DNA from: Candidatus Parcubacteria bacterium
Lineage (GTDB): Bacteria > Patescibacteriota > Minisyncoccia > UBA6257 > HR35
Length of the DNA stretch: 64,000 nt
NCBI GenBank assembly: GCA_026004495.1
Contig: BPJG01000001.1
Span: forward strand, 350,858 to 414,857
Direction: 5' to 3'
Position 1 is the stretch's first letter, and every line of letters starts with the position of its first letter. Positions 1 through 11,100 of this stretch are shown here, piece by piece. The position numbers and the translations under genes are program-made. The notes under the pieces were generated by a model. It was not told the origin of the DNA. It saw only the letters and a program-made list of their open reading frames with translations, and did no database searches.

Positions 1-1
1 T

Positions 2-121
2 TCTGCCCACCAGCCAAACAAGTTTTTTATTTTTTAAAAAGGCTTTAAATTTTTTACGAAATTCTATAATCTCTAAATCTCTTTTTGATTTTTCAGGGTA
101 AAAGTTAATTTTATCTTTCAT
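2..121 (-). CDS. 5' part of a hypothetical protein running off the window (MKDKINFYPEKSKRDLEIIEFVKNLKPFLKNKKLVWLVGR...)
   Basis: ATG at 121-119, frame open to the window edge, co-oriented just downstream of pilC. Confidence 0.6.
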   Translation of the reverse strand, partial: MKDKINFYPEKSKRDLEIIEFRKKFKAFLKNKKLVWLVGR

Positions 122-155
122 TTTTTATATTTAATAATTTTAATAAAAATAATTT

Positions 156-1403
156 TTATAAACCACCCCCTGGTCTTTGTTGAAAGCCCTTTTCAATTTG
201 ACTGCTAATTTGTTGATAAATAGGAATAACTATTGAGACAGCTAAAAGACCAACTACCAAACCTACAAAAATTATTAATGCTGGCTCAATTAAGGTAGTT
301 AAATTCTTTACACTGAATTTAAATTCTTCTTCATAATAATTTTGCAAAATTTCCAAAACTTCAATTATCTTACCAGTTTCTGAGGCAATACCTAAAATGC
401 CGACAAAAAACTTAGGAAAAACAATTTCTTGGTTAATACTTTCATTGAAATTATAACCCTGTTCAATTCTTTTATTTACTCTAATTAAGGCTTCTTTAAT
501 TTCTGGATGATTAATAACATAAGTTGTTAATCCGATTGCCTTTGAAAGAGAAATACCACTTTTTAAAAGTGATTCCAAGATAAAACATAAAGTTCTTAAA
601 TTTAATGTTAATAAGATATTTTTAATAATTGGAATTTTAAAACTAATTTTTAGGATGAATTGTCTACCTAATTTAGAAGTAATTAGAAAAAAAAGGAAGA
701 TTATTGATAATAATAAAATTAAAAGTATTAATTTAATATTATTGCCAATAAAAATACCGGCATCTAAAATAATTTTAGAATAAAAAGGCAGTTCGGTTTC
801 CATTTGATTAACTAAATTAGCTAAACGAGGTATAACAAAGGTTGTAATTATTATGATTACTAAAAAAGTTATAATTAAAATAATCATTGGATAAATCAAC
901 ATAGAAATAATTTCTGATTTTATTTGCTTTTCTTTAGTAAGGTCTTCGGATAACTTTTCAAACGAATTAACTAAATTACCAGAAATTTCTCCTATTTTTA
1001 TTATTTCTATTTCAATAGGATTAAAGCTATTTTTATAATATTCGAAGGCTTCATAAATATGACCACCTTTTTCAATATAATAAATTAAAAACATCAAGAA
1101 TTCTTTTAAGCTTGAATATTTTATTGAATGGGTTAAAATTTTCAAACCTTGAATTAAGCTTGCACCAGATTTAAGTATTAAAGCTAAATTTCTATATAAA
1201 AGTATTTTATCTTTGAGGTTTATAACTGTTAAAAATTTAAACAACGAAATAAAAATTTTTATTTCTTTTTTTTCTTTAATTTTGATTAAGCTCAAGTTAT
1301 ATGATTTAAGATAGTTACTAATTTCTATTTCTGATTCACCCAATATTTTACCCTTATGAATTTTACCATTAGGATCAAAAGCTTCAAAATAATAAAATTT
1401 CAT
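156..1403 (-). CDS. pilC: Type IV pilus/T2SS inner-membrane platform protein (PilC/GspF family)
   Basis: Two T2SSF repeats (GEISGNL, IEPALIIFVG...IVIPIY), TM segments, next to the ATPase gene. Confidence 0.92.
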   Translation of the reverse strand: MKFYYFEAFDPNGKIHKGKILGESEIEISNYLKSYNLSLIKIKEKKEIKIFISLFKFLTVINLKDKILLYRNLALILKSGASLIQGLKILTHSIKYSSLKEFLMFLIYYIEKGGHIYEAFEYYKNSFNPIEIEIIKIGEISGNLVNSFEKLSEDLTKEKQIKSEIISMLIYPMIILIITFLVIIIITTFVIPRLANLVNQMETELPFYSKIILDAGIFIGNNIKLILLILLLSIIFLFFLITSKLGRQFILKISFKIPIIKNILLTLNLRTLCFILESLLKSGISLSKAIGLTTYVINHPEIKEALIRVNKRIEQGYNFNESINQEIVFPKFFVGILGIASETGKIIEVLEILQNYYEEEFKFSVKNLTTLIEPALIIFVGLVVGLLAVSIVIPIYQQISSQIEKGFQQRPGGGL

Positions 1404-1411
1404 TTTTATAT

Positions 1412-3121
1412 TTATTCTCTTATAACCCTTAAAATTTCTTCTAAGGTAGTAATACCAACGCTTAATTTATCCAACCCATCTTGAAACATAGTTTTATAAT
1501 TTTTATTTTTAAGTAAATTTTTGAATTCAACAAGATTAAAATCTCTTTTAGATAAATAATCAGCTAAATCATCATCAATAAAAAATAATTCAAATATTCC
1601 CGACCTACCATGATAACCTGAATAATTACATAAATCACAACCTTTGCCCTTAAAAACATAATGAGGAATATCATAATTATTGGCCTCTTCTTCGCTTAGA
1701 CCATCTTTAATTAATTGTTCTTTAATAGTTTCTAATTGATAAGTTTTTAATTCACTAGAATAAATGCAGTTTAGACATATTTTTCTTACCAATCTTTGAG
1801 CAATAACAACACTTAGGGTTGATGCTATTAAATATTTTGGAATATTTAAATCTAATAATCTTGGTATAGAAGAAATAGCATCATTAGTGTGGAGTGTTGA
1901 TAATATTAAATGACCCGTTAATGCAGCTTGAATAGCAATATCTGCCGTTTCATAATCTCTAATTTCTCCTACCATAATTATGTTAGGATCTTGCCTAAGT
2001 AATGATCTTAATCCTTCAGCAAATGTTAAATTTATTTTAGTGTTTACTTGCATTTGATTAATTCTATTAAGTTCATATTCAATTGGATCTTCAATAGTGC
2101 AAATATTTATCTCGGGAGAATTTAATATTTGCAAAATAGTATAAAGAGTAGTTGTTTTACCTGATCCAGTTGGCCCTGTAGAAATTATCATCCCATATGA
2201 TTTTTTAATTGCTTTAATTAATAAATTCTCATGGTATTCATTTAAACCTAAATCACTTAATGATGTTGGCTTAAAGGTAGATGCTAATAGCCTTAGTACG
2301 GCCTTTTCTCCATAGAGAGTTGGGATAATCGATACTCTAACATCGAATTCAAAATCACCTATTTTTGTTTTAAATCTTCCATCTTGAGGTCGAAAATGTT
2401 CATCTATTTGTAAGTTAGATAAAATTTTTATTCGAGCAATTAATGATGAATGAATAATTTTTGGTAATTTCATTATCTCTTTTAAAATTCCATCTACTCG
2501 AAATCTAATCAAGCTATATTCATAAAATATTTCTATATGGATATCGGAAGCATTTAAACCAACTGCATAATTTAAAATATTATTAATTATTTTTATAGCG
2601 GAAACATTTTGGGCTTCTTCGTTTAGGTTAGAAATATTTTCTATTTTAGAAACTTCAATTTTTAATAATTCTTCATATTCCTCTTTATAAATTTTTTGAT
2701 AGAATATTAAACCCAAACGCATTTCATCTTCTAAAATTAAATAAGGTTCTATTTTTTTATGAGTGAGGTTAGCTATTAAACTAATGGTTTCGTAATCAAC
2801 AGGATTAACCATAGCTAAATGTAATATTTCCCCATCATCTTTAAAGGGAATAATCTTTTTATCTAAGGCAATTTTTTCAGGTATAAGTTTTAAAACTTTA
2901 GTTGGGATAGATAGATTCTTTAAATTTATTCTTTTGACACCTAGATAATTACTTAAAATGTTAGCATAATATTCTTTATCAAGAAGTCTTTTATTGAAAA
3001 GAATATCCAAAATATTTAAATTTAATTTTTTTGCCTCTTGATAAACTTCTGTAAATGTATTTTCATCTATGAGATTATTATTTATTAATAATTTTTTTAA
3101 TTCCTCTATTGAGATAATCAT
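1412..3121 (-). CDS. pilB: Type IV pilus assembly ATPase (PilB/GspE family)
   Basis: ASDIHIE, Walker A GPTGSGKTT, TIEDPIEY, LRQDPNIIMVGEIRD, TGHLILSTLH, two CxxC. Confidence 0.95.
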   Translation of the reverse strand: MIISIEELKKLLINNNLIDENTFTEVYQEAKKLNLNILDILFNKRLLDKEYYANILSNYLGVKRINLKNLSIPTKVLKLIPEKIALDKKIIPFKDDGEILHLAMVNPVDYETISLIANLTHKKIEPYLILEDEMRLGLIFYQKIYKEEYEELLKIEVSKIENISNLNEEAQNVSAIKIINNILNYAVGLNASDIHIEIFYEYSLIRFRVDGILKEIMKLPKIIHSSLIARIKILSNLQIDEHFRPQDGRFKTKIGDFEFDVRVSIIPTLYGEKAVLRLLASTFKPTSLSDLGLNEYHENLLIKAIKKSYGMIISTGPTGSGKTTTLYTILQILNSPEINICTIEDPIEYELNRINQMQVNTKINLTFAEGLRSLLRQDPNIIMVGEIRDYETADIAIQAALTGHLILSTLHTNDAISSIPRLLDLNIPKYLIASTLSVVIAQRLVRKICLNCIYSSELKTYQLETIKEQLIKDGLSEEEANNYDIPHYVFKGKGCDLCNYSGYHGRSGIFELFFIDDDLADYLSKRDFNLVEFKNLLKNKNYKTMFQDGLDKLSVGITTLEEILRVIRE

Positions 3122-3729
3122 GGCATAAAATTAAAAAAATAATCTGTTTTTAAGATAATATTATTAATTGTCATAATATTAATTATTATAAGAAAAAAAC
3201 AAATGAATAACCAATAATCCTTAAGAGATATTTTTTCTGAAGTTGATAATTTTCTAAAAATTAGATTTTTAAGATGAAAAATGATAATAATTAAAAATCC
3301 CAGAGGTAAAATTAAAATATTTAAGGGGAAGGATAATAAAATTGAACTTAAAAATATTATTTTGTATTCTTCTAAATAAAATAATCCTTGTTTAAATATA
3401 AAATTAAGACTAATAACTATTAATAAATTAATCAAACCTGATATTAATCTTAAAAATAAATCTTTAAAATAATGGTAAGAAATATATCCCAAAAAATAAT
3501 TTATCGGCTGATAGGGTGGTAATAAAAATTTACCCAGTGGGTTTTTAAAGGCTAAATATTGCAAGTAAGAAATAATAATTGCTTGGATAAAAAAAATAAA
3601 AAGAATTAAAATTGAAATAATAACGTAATTAATCTTATCTTTTTTAAAAACAAACCTTAAAATTATTAAAAAAGAGCAAATAAAAAAACTAAAATAATAA
3701 TTAAAATTTTTTAATAATTCAATGATCAT
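3118..3729 (-). CDS. Polytopic membrane protein, possibly a degenerate A24 prepilin-peptidase-like protein
   Basis: About 5-6 hydrophobic segments; 4-bp overlap with pilB; family assignment is a guess from context. Confidence 0.55.
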   Translation of the reverse strand: MIIELLKNFNYYFSFFICSFLIILRFVFKKDKINYVIISILILFIFFIQAIIISYLQYLAFKNPLGKFLLPPYQPINYFLGYISYHYFKDLFLRLISGLINLLIVISLNFIFKQGLFYLEEYKIIFLSSILLSFPLNILILPLGFLIIIIFHLKNLIFRKLSTSEKISLKDYWLFICFFLIIINIMTINNIILKTDYFFNFMP

Positions 3730-4246
3730 AAATAAAAATTTTAATAAATTTAAATCTAAAATTAATTATAAAAAGAAATTAAAATCAGCATTTACAATTG
3801 TAGAAATTGTAATTGTTCTTTTAATTTTTTTTACTATCGGAATTTTAATCTATTCTAATTTTTTTAAAATTTCATTAGATTATAACTATCTTAAAAATGA
3901 TTCTGAGTTAATAGTTCAAATTTTAAATGAAGCTAAACAAAAGGCAATTCTATTTGAGAACAGCTCTAATTGGTCTGTTTATTTTGAGAATTTAACTTCA
4001 TCTGATAATATTTATTTATTTTCTGGAGATAGTTTTTCTACCTCAGGTTTTTATAAAAAATATACCTTGAATTATTATAATAGATTTATTTATCCACCAG
4101 AAAATAGCACTACCAAAGTTGTTTTTAGTAAATTTTCTGGATATACCAGTACCAATACTCAAATTATCATAAAAAACATTAAAAGCAATAATACTTCTAC
4201 TATTATTATTAATTACTTCGGAAGTATTGACTATTCAATTAAATAA
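3722..4246 (+). CDS. Prepilin-type N-terminal cleavage/methylation protein (minor pilin)
   Basis: Basic leader then SA|FTIVEIVIVLLIFF (class III signal, Glu at +5). Confidence 0.8.
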   Translation: MIINKNFNKFKSKINYKKKLKSAFTIVEIVIVLLIFFTIGILIYSNFFKISLDYNYLKNDSELIVQILNEAKQKAILFENSSNWSVYFENLTSSDNIYLFSGDSFSTSGFYKKYTLNYYNRFIYPPENSTTKVVFSKFSGYTSTNTQIIIKNIKSNNTSTIIINYFGSIDYSIK

Positions 4247-4263
4247 TTTTATAATTTTAATTA

Positions 4264-4992
4264 ATGCATAACAATAGCTCATTTAAAAAAGAGAATTTTT
4301 TTCTTATTATTTTAGGAATAATAGTAATTTTTTTCTTAATTTATTTTTTAGGTAGCTTTAATATAAATAAAGTTAAAATTGGTAATTTTGGTAATAAAGA
4401 AAACCTAGATAGAATAAAAGAAACCAGCGTTGATATAAATACAATCTTAGGCAATTTACCTCCATTGGGCAATCCTAACGCTCCTATAAAAATAGTTGAG
4501 TTTGGTGACTTTCATTGTCCTTACTGCACTCAAGTACCCGAATTAATCTACAAGCCATTACAACAATATATCGATAATAATTTAGTCGCAATTTATTTTA
4601 GAGATTTTCCTCTTGATCAGATACATCCCTTTTCTCGAAATGTTCATTTGGCAAGTAGATGTGCTAATGAGCAAGGAAAATATTGGGATTTTCATAAAAA
4701 AGCCTTTGAAGATTTTAATAATGGCTTAGGCCAAAAAACTGGAGATAAAGATTATTTATTTAATTTAGCAAAAAATCTTAATTTAGATGAAAATAAATTT
4801 AAAGAATGTTATGAAACCAAAAAATATGAAAATGATATAAATAACGATTATATTCAAGGAACTCAATTAGGAATTCAAGGAACTCCAGGGTTTTTTGTTA
4901 ATAATTTATTTATTGCTGGTCTTGATGTAGAATCAATAAATAAGGCTATCAATTTATTATTAGGAAATAATTTAAGTAATAGTAATAATTAA
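4264..4992 (+). CDS. DsbA-family thioredoxin-fold oxidoreductase
   Basis: N-terminal TM anchor, EFGDFHCPYC, FRDFPL, cis-Pro GTPGFFVN. Confidence 0.9.
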   Translation: MHNNSSFKKENFFLIILGIIVIFFLIYFLGSFNINKVKIGNFGNKENLDRIKETSVDINTILGNLPPLGNPNAPIKIVEFGDFHCPYCTQVPELIYKPLQQYIDNNLVAIYFRDFPLDQIHPFSRNVHLASRCANEQGKYWDFHKKAFEDFNNGLGQKTGDKDYLFNLAKNLNLDENKFKECYETKKYENDINNDYIQGTQLGIQGTPGFFVNNLFIAGLDVESINKAINLLLGNNLSNSNN

Positions 4993-5040
4993 TAAGAATT
5001 CAATTATAAATTCTAATAAATTAAAAAATTTAAATATAAC

Positions 5041-5277
5041 ATGAAAAAAGTAATAATTTATACAACAAGTTGGTGTCCATTTTGTGAGGCTACAAAAGAG
5101 TATCTTCATCAAAAAGGTATTCCTTATGAAGAAAAAAATGTTGAATTAGATCTTCAAGCTCGAGATGAAATGGTAGAAAAATCAGGCCAATTAGGTGTAC
5201 CAGTTTTAGATATTGATGGCAAAATAATAATTGGTTATTCTCCTGAGGAAATAGATAATGCTTTATTAGAACAATAA
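5041..5277 (+). CDS. Glutaredoxin/NrdH-like redoxin
   Basis: YTTSWCPFC, GQLGVPV, IIGY. Confidence 0.9.
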   Translation: MKKVIIYTTSWCPFCEATKEYLHQKGIPYEEKNVELDLQARDEMVEKSGQLGVPVLDIDGKIIIGYSPEEIDNALLEQ

Positions 5278-5293
5278 AAATTTTTAAAAATAA

Positions 5294-5746
5294 ATGGTGA
5301 ATATTGTTAATCGAGGTATTGATTATCGTTATAAAATATTAGATAAATTTGAAGCCGGTATTAATCTTAAGGGCTTTGAAGTGAAATCCTTAAGAAATAA
5401 TAGGGGCAGTCTAAATGGTAGTTATATTTCCATTAAATATGGTGAAGTTTATCTTATAAATTTTCAATTACCGCCTTATCAACCTAAAAACGTTCCCAAA
5501 GATTATGATCCCAATAGACCTCGAAAGTTATTATTAAAAAAGAATGAAATAATTTATTTAACTACTAAAATAAAAGAGAAAGGATTAACAATAATTCCCT
5601 TAAGAATTTATTCTAAAAATAATTTAATTAAAATAGAAATTGCCTTAGCTAAAGGATTAAAGAAGTTTGAAAAGAGAGAAAAAATAAAAGAAAAAGAATT
5701 TAAAAAAATTAAAAACAAGATTGAAAAAACAAGAATAATTATTTAA
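5294..5746 (+). CDS. smpB: SsrA-binding protein SmpB
   Basis: FEAGINLKGFEVKSLR, RKLLL, GLTIIPL, basic tail; tmRNA directly downstream. Confidence 0.96.
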   Translation: MVNIVNRGIDYRYKILDKFEAGINLKGFEVKSLRNNRGSLNGSYISIKYGEVYLINFQLPPYQPKNVPKDYDPNRPRKLLLKKNEIIYLTTKIKEKGLTIIPLRIYSKNNLIKIEIALAKGLKKFEKREKIKEKEFKKIKNKIEKTRIII

Positions 5747-5774
5747 AATTTAAAATACAAATAAAATAAAATTA

Positions 5775-6112
5775 GGGGATGAATTGGATTTCGAGGCGGA
5801 AAAGAGATAAAGAAGGCTAACGGTAAAAGCCCGCCTTAGTGGTTATAAAAAGTGCAAACCAACCTCTTGCCTACGCTGTTAGTTAAAGTAGGGCTCTGGA
5901 GAAAGTTTGTTGGATTCTTTCTTCAGGGTGATAAATAATCCAACTTGAATTAAAGAAGTTGACTAGCTTCTTTAATTGACACCAATAATAGTCTATCTCC
6001 AATTCATTTTGTAGGTTTTAAAGAATTGGGGTGAAAATTAAAAAAACCTACTATGTTAGTAGAATTCTTTATCAATTTTCCGTCGACGGGGGTTCGATTC
6101 CCCCCATCTCCA
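5775..6112 (+). ncRNA. ssrA: tmRNA; predicted tag ORF 5854-5886 ANQPLAYAVS*
   Basis: 5' GGGGAUG pairs with 3' CAUCUCC-A (G3.U wobble), T-arm GGGGG-TTCGATT-CCCCC, ~340 nt, follows smpB; CCA not encoded. Confidence 0.93.
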
Positions 6113-6130
6113 AATTTATTTTGGAGTTTT
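6108..6130 (+). terminator. Possible intrinsic terminator overlapping the tmRNA 3' end
   Basis: CTCCAAA-TTTAT-TTTGGAG hairpin followed by TTTT. Confidence 0.45.
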
Positions 6131-6144
6131 AATTTTAAATTATT

Positions 6145-8145
6145 TTATTGAGGAGAATAAAGAATTAAACCAGTAGTTGTACTAATTATAATTTCTATTG
6201 GTCTTTGGCTAACATCATATCTTCTCCCATATTGATCGTTATAGATATCAAAATTATACCCAGGTGGTTCACTATTATTTGATAATATATAAGTAAATGT
6301 TGAGTTTATTGATGTATTGACTAAAACTAATCCATTTTCATAATTTCTTTTATACAAAGCTCCATTATTAAAATTAGAAGTTGAAGCTATTACTAATTCA
6401 TCTATACTATTTACTGGCAAAGGATTTCCCAGGGGTAAATATAAAGATTGGGGATAACATTGAGGCGTATTATAACTAGATTCATCTGAAATACTATAAT
6501 AATTATTTTTATTATTGGTTAGATAAAAAGATGAAACTATATAATTAGTGAGCTTATCATTATTATTACAATTTTGGTTGAAATTAATCTTGGTAATTGA
6601 AATAATAATATCATAAACCTTATTTTCAATTAAGGTTTTAAATTGTTTATGTATACTTTGAGGATTATTGTTAAAATTTAATGAAAGTTTTTCATTCAGA
6701 TATCCATTAGTAAATTTAATTTGAGTATACCAATTTCCCTCGCTATTAGGTTCATCGGCGTTGGCATAGATATGGTAGCCTAAATTTCCAAAATAATTAA
6801 TATAGGATGCCAATGATTTCTTAAGAATATTAAGAAATATTGGTTGATATATTTGTCTAGCTAAAATTGGATTACTGTAACCAGCAACTTCAAATAAATC
6901 AAATCCTAAAAAATCAGTTCTTAACAAAGAATCACCTTGAGATAATTTATAATACCTTAAAAAAGTTTTAGAAATAATATCAGCTGATTGAGAGAACAAT
7001 TTTATTCTTAAATGCCTTAGATGATAAGGCCAGGCATTATTTTGATTATTTGTATTTTCGATTAGTTCGGGATAAAGTGAAGTTGGATGAATTCTTTTTA
7101 TAATATTATTTAAATCTGAGCTACTGGTAGCAATACAAATTCTATCTATATACTCTAAAATATTTCCATCACTCCAGCTACGACAATATAAAGGATCATA
7201 ATCAAAATTATGAACACCTCTTAATAATATTGTCGAAAGAAAATATGTTACCCTTTTAAAATTATTATTTAAATATTTAACAATTAAAGAAATATTGTCT
7301 TCTTCTCCCCACCAAGCATCAGCCTCTAAATATAATTTAATAAAATCGATATTATATCTATTGCAATTGTTATATGAGCAATATTGATTTATTTCAGCAA
7401 ATTTTAGAGAAGAAATAGGTTTACTTGGGATGGTTAGGCAATTATTATTCCTATAAGCATAAAATCTAAAATCGTCTAGCCATATATTTCCTAGATATGG
7501 TTGGGTTGTAGAGTTAAATCTTATATAAATATAATTATCAATTCTTAATATTGAATTTGTTGTTGGTAGAGTAGCTGTTGCTATAATTAATTGCCAATCA
7601 TTATTTAAGTTAAAATCTCTATTTATAATATTTAAAATAGAATTTGTGGTACTAGCATTAACAATTAGATTAACTTTTATATTGTTAGGATTATCAGTTT
7701 TAATCATAAATTTAATTTCTATAACATCACCTGTCTTAGGATAATAATTTTTAGTTTCATTGCTGATATAAGGATAATCGGTATAGAGGCTATTTAACAA
7801 TCTAAAGGCAGTATTGAAATTTTGATTTGCTCTTTTATTAATTTTAGCCCTTAAACTACCTCTACTAAAATTGTTATTATAATAATTATTTCTATCTATA
7901 TCTAATTTAACATAAACTCCGTTTGTTTTAGATAAATGCCAACCTGCTGGTTTGCCTATGAGAGTATCTAAATAAAATTTTTTAGCTTCATTATTATCTA
8001 TTATTTCAAATTCTCCTATGCCTCCAGTGAAATTAAGGCATTGGTTATTATTTTGAGCAAAAATAAAGTAATTGCTGGGAATTAATAATAAGGATAAGAA
8101 AAAATAAAATATAGATAGCTTAAACATATATATTAATTTACTCAA
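6145..8145 (-). CDS. Secreted protein, putative carbohydrate-binding domain plus putative glycoside-hydrolase-like (GHL15-like) C-terminal part
   Basis: Signal peptide ending IFA|Q; IWLDDFRF CBM-like strand; LYKRNYENGLVLVN recalls GHL15-type proteins. Confidence 0.55.
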   Translation of the reverse strand: MSKLIYMFKLSIFYFFLSLLLIPSNYFIFAQNNNQCLNFTGGIGEFEIIDNNEAKKFYLDTLIGKPAGWHLSKTNGVYVKLDIDRNNYYNNNFSRGSLRAKINKRANQNFNTAFRLLNSLYTDYPYISNETKNYYPKTGDVIEIKFMIKTDNPNNIKVNLIVNASTTNSILNIINRDFNLNNDWQLIIATATLPTTNSILRIDNYIYIRFNSTTQPYLGNIWLDDFRFYAYRNNNCLTIPSKPISSLKFAEINQYCSYNNCNRYNIDFIKLYLEADAWWGEEDNISLIVKYLNNNFKRVTYFLSTILLRGVHNFDYDPLYCRSWSDGNILEYIDRICIATSSSDLNNIIKRIHPTSLYPELIENTNNQNNAWPYHLRHLRIKLFSQSADIISKTFLRYYKLSQGDSLLRTDFLGFDLFEVAGYSNPILARQIYQPIFLNILKKSLASYINYFGNLGYHIYANADEPNSEGNWYTQIKFTNGYLNEKLSLNFNNNPQSIHKQFKTLIENKVYDIIISITKINFNQNCNNNDKLTNYIVSSFYLTNNKNNYYSISDESSYNTPQCYPQSLYLPLGNPLPVNSIDELVIASTSNFNNGALYKRNYENGLVLVNTSINSTFTYILSNNSEPPGYNFDIYNDQYGRRYDVSQRPIEIIISTTTGLILYSPQ

Positions 8146-11100
8146 ATGTACAATCTAATATTTTATTAAATTCTTTAATAGTATTTACTCCCATAATACC
8201 TGTTGGTTTTTTAACTTTAAGGTATAATCTTTGAAACTTCTTTACTGAATTAATTGTTCTAATATTATATTTAGTTATTTCTTTATTTTTTGAACCAGGG
8301 CCAGTTTTAGCGATTAAAGTTTTATTATTTGAATTTAATATAATCTGGAGATATTTAATATTATTATTAGTAATTCCTGGTCTTATCTTTTTAAGGGGAA
8401 ATCTAAAATTACTTGGTATTTTTGATTTAATATAATCAAAATCAAAATCTTTATATTTAATGCATATATTATCCTCTTGAGTTTTTTCAAACTCTTCTGA
8501 ACTGGTAGTTGTTTGTAAATTTTGAGCTAAAAGATTTAATAATAAAAGTAAGTTATTTTGTTCTTGGTTTGCAGTTTCTCCATCTTCACCATCTCCACCA
8601 CTACCTCCACCACCTCCACTACTACCACCTCCACCACCTCCACTACTACTACTATCATTGTCAACAATATTAACATTAACATTACTTATTTGAATATTAT
8701 TATAGTTATTGTCTGTTGAAGAAGCAGAATGGCTAATAACTACACTATGATTACCTTCAGCTATACTATCATTAACTGCAGTTACATTAATAGTTTGATT
8801 AATATTCCAATTAGTTGGAGTAAAGACTAAGGTAGAAGTATTAGTTTGAATTTGAGACGAATTATAGGTTAACCTAATTATTACATTACTTGTTGGAGCT
8901 GAAGTTAACCTAAGATTGTAACTACTACCCTCTCCTCCTTCAGTAACAGTGATACTTGTTGGATTAACACTTACTCCACTACTATCATTATCAACAATAT
9001 TAACATTAACATTACTTATTTGAATATTATTATAGTTATTGTCTGTTGAAGAAGCAGAATGGCTAATAACTACAGTATGATTACCTTCAGCTATACTATC
9101 ATTAACTGCAGTTACATTAATAGTTTGATTAATATTCCAATTAGTTGGAGTAAAGACTAAGGTAGAAGTATTAGTTTGAATTTGAGACGAATTATAGGTT
9201 AACCTAATTATTACATTACTTGTTGGAGCTGAAGTTAACCTAAGATTGTAACTACTACCCTCTCCTCCTTCAGTAACAGTGATACTTGTTGGATTAACAC
9301 TTACTCCATTACTATCATTATCAACAATATTAACATTAACATTACTTATTTGAATATTATTATAGTTATTGTCTGTTGAAGAAGCAGAATGGCTAATAAC
9401 TACAGTATGATTACCTTCAGCTATACTATCATTAACTGCAGTTACATTAATAGTTTGATTAATATTCCAATTAGTTGGAGTAAAGACTAAGGTAGAAGTA
9501 TTAGTTTGAATTTGAGACGAATTATAGGTTAACCTAATTATTACATTACTTGTTGGAGCTGAAGTTAACCTAAGATTGTAACTACTACCCTCTCCTCCTT
9601 CAGTAACAGTGATACTTGTTGGATTAACACTTACTCCATTACTATCATTATCAACAATATTAACATTAACATTACTTATTTGAATATTATTATAGTTATT
9701 GTCTGTTGAAGAAGCAGAATGGCTAATAACTACAGTATGATTACCTTCAGCTATACTATCATTAACTGCAGTTACATTAATAGTTTGATTAATATTCCAA
9801 TTAGTTGGAGTAAAGACTAAGGTAGAAGTATTAGTTTGAATTTGAGACGAATTATAGGTTAACCTAATTATTACATTACTTGTTGGAGCTGAAGTTAACC
9901 TAAGATTGTAACTACTACCCTCTCCTCCTTCAGTAACAGTGATACTTGTTGGATTAACACTTACTCCATTACTATCATTATCAACAATATTAACATTAAC
10001 ATTACTTATTTGAATATTATTATAGTTATTGTCTGTTGAAGAAGCAGAATGGCTAATAACTACAGTATGATTACCTTCAGCTATACTATCATTAACTGCA
10101 GTTACATTAATAGTTTGATTAATATTCCAATTAGTTGGAGTAAAGACTAAGGTAGAAGTATTAGTTTGAATTTGAGACGAATTATAGGTTAACCTAATTA
10201 TTACATTACTTGTTGGAGCTGAAGTTAACCTAAGATTGTAACTACTACCCTCTCCTCCTTCAGTAACAGTGATACTTGTTGGATTAACACTTACTCCAGG
10301 ATTATTACTTATTCCTGTAGGATTATAATCAAAAAAGACCAAGTTCTTATTTGAAAAATCATAGTTATTTATCGAACCGTAGGATATGCTTTCAAAATTT
10401 CCTCCTAAATATAATTTTCTTGAGCTAGTACTAAAAGCTATTGAATAAATATTAAAATCTGGGAAAATTGCATCATAAGTAAAATTTATTTCTGAGGGCG
10501 TGTAGGTGGCAATTAAAAATCCTAATTGACCCCTGGTGTAAAGTTCATCAAAAAATCCTGAAACAAAAAGTATATTATTTTGACTATCATTTTTAATTTT
10601 AATTACAGGTAAATTTGGATATTCCATATAATTTAAATTTACTGGTGAAAGATTATTTTTATTTAAAGTGGCTAAATATTTATTAAATTTACCACCAACG
10701 AACAATAGATTATCTTCTGGATCTATGCTAATCGTATTAACTAAATCATTTATATTGGATTGAGCTAATAATATAGGACTAGAGGTTGCTCCTATAGAAG
10801 CCAAATAAGAAACATTTTGATTTAATACTCTATTAAATCTGCCGCCAATATATAAAACTCCAGTTGATTCATCAATAACACAATCATTAACTACATCATT
10901 AACAATACCGCTATTTCCATTTATAAAATTATTATCTAAAGTACCAGAACTAGCATTTATTTTTGCTACATATTTATATTTATTCTCATTATTTATTTTA
11001 GAAAAATAGCCACATAAAAATAGTTTATTATTAATCTTATCTAACGTTAAGGCTGAGATAAAATCTCCTGTTGTTGTTGAAAAGGTATAGTTGAAATCAT

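Noticed and set aside
8649-10298. Tandem repeats as a CRISPR array or DGR template
   Set aside because: 330-bp in-frame coding units with no spacers, no adenine-specific variation and no cas or reverse transcriptase gene
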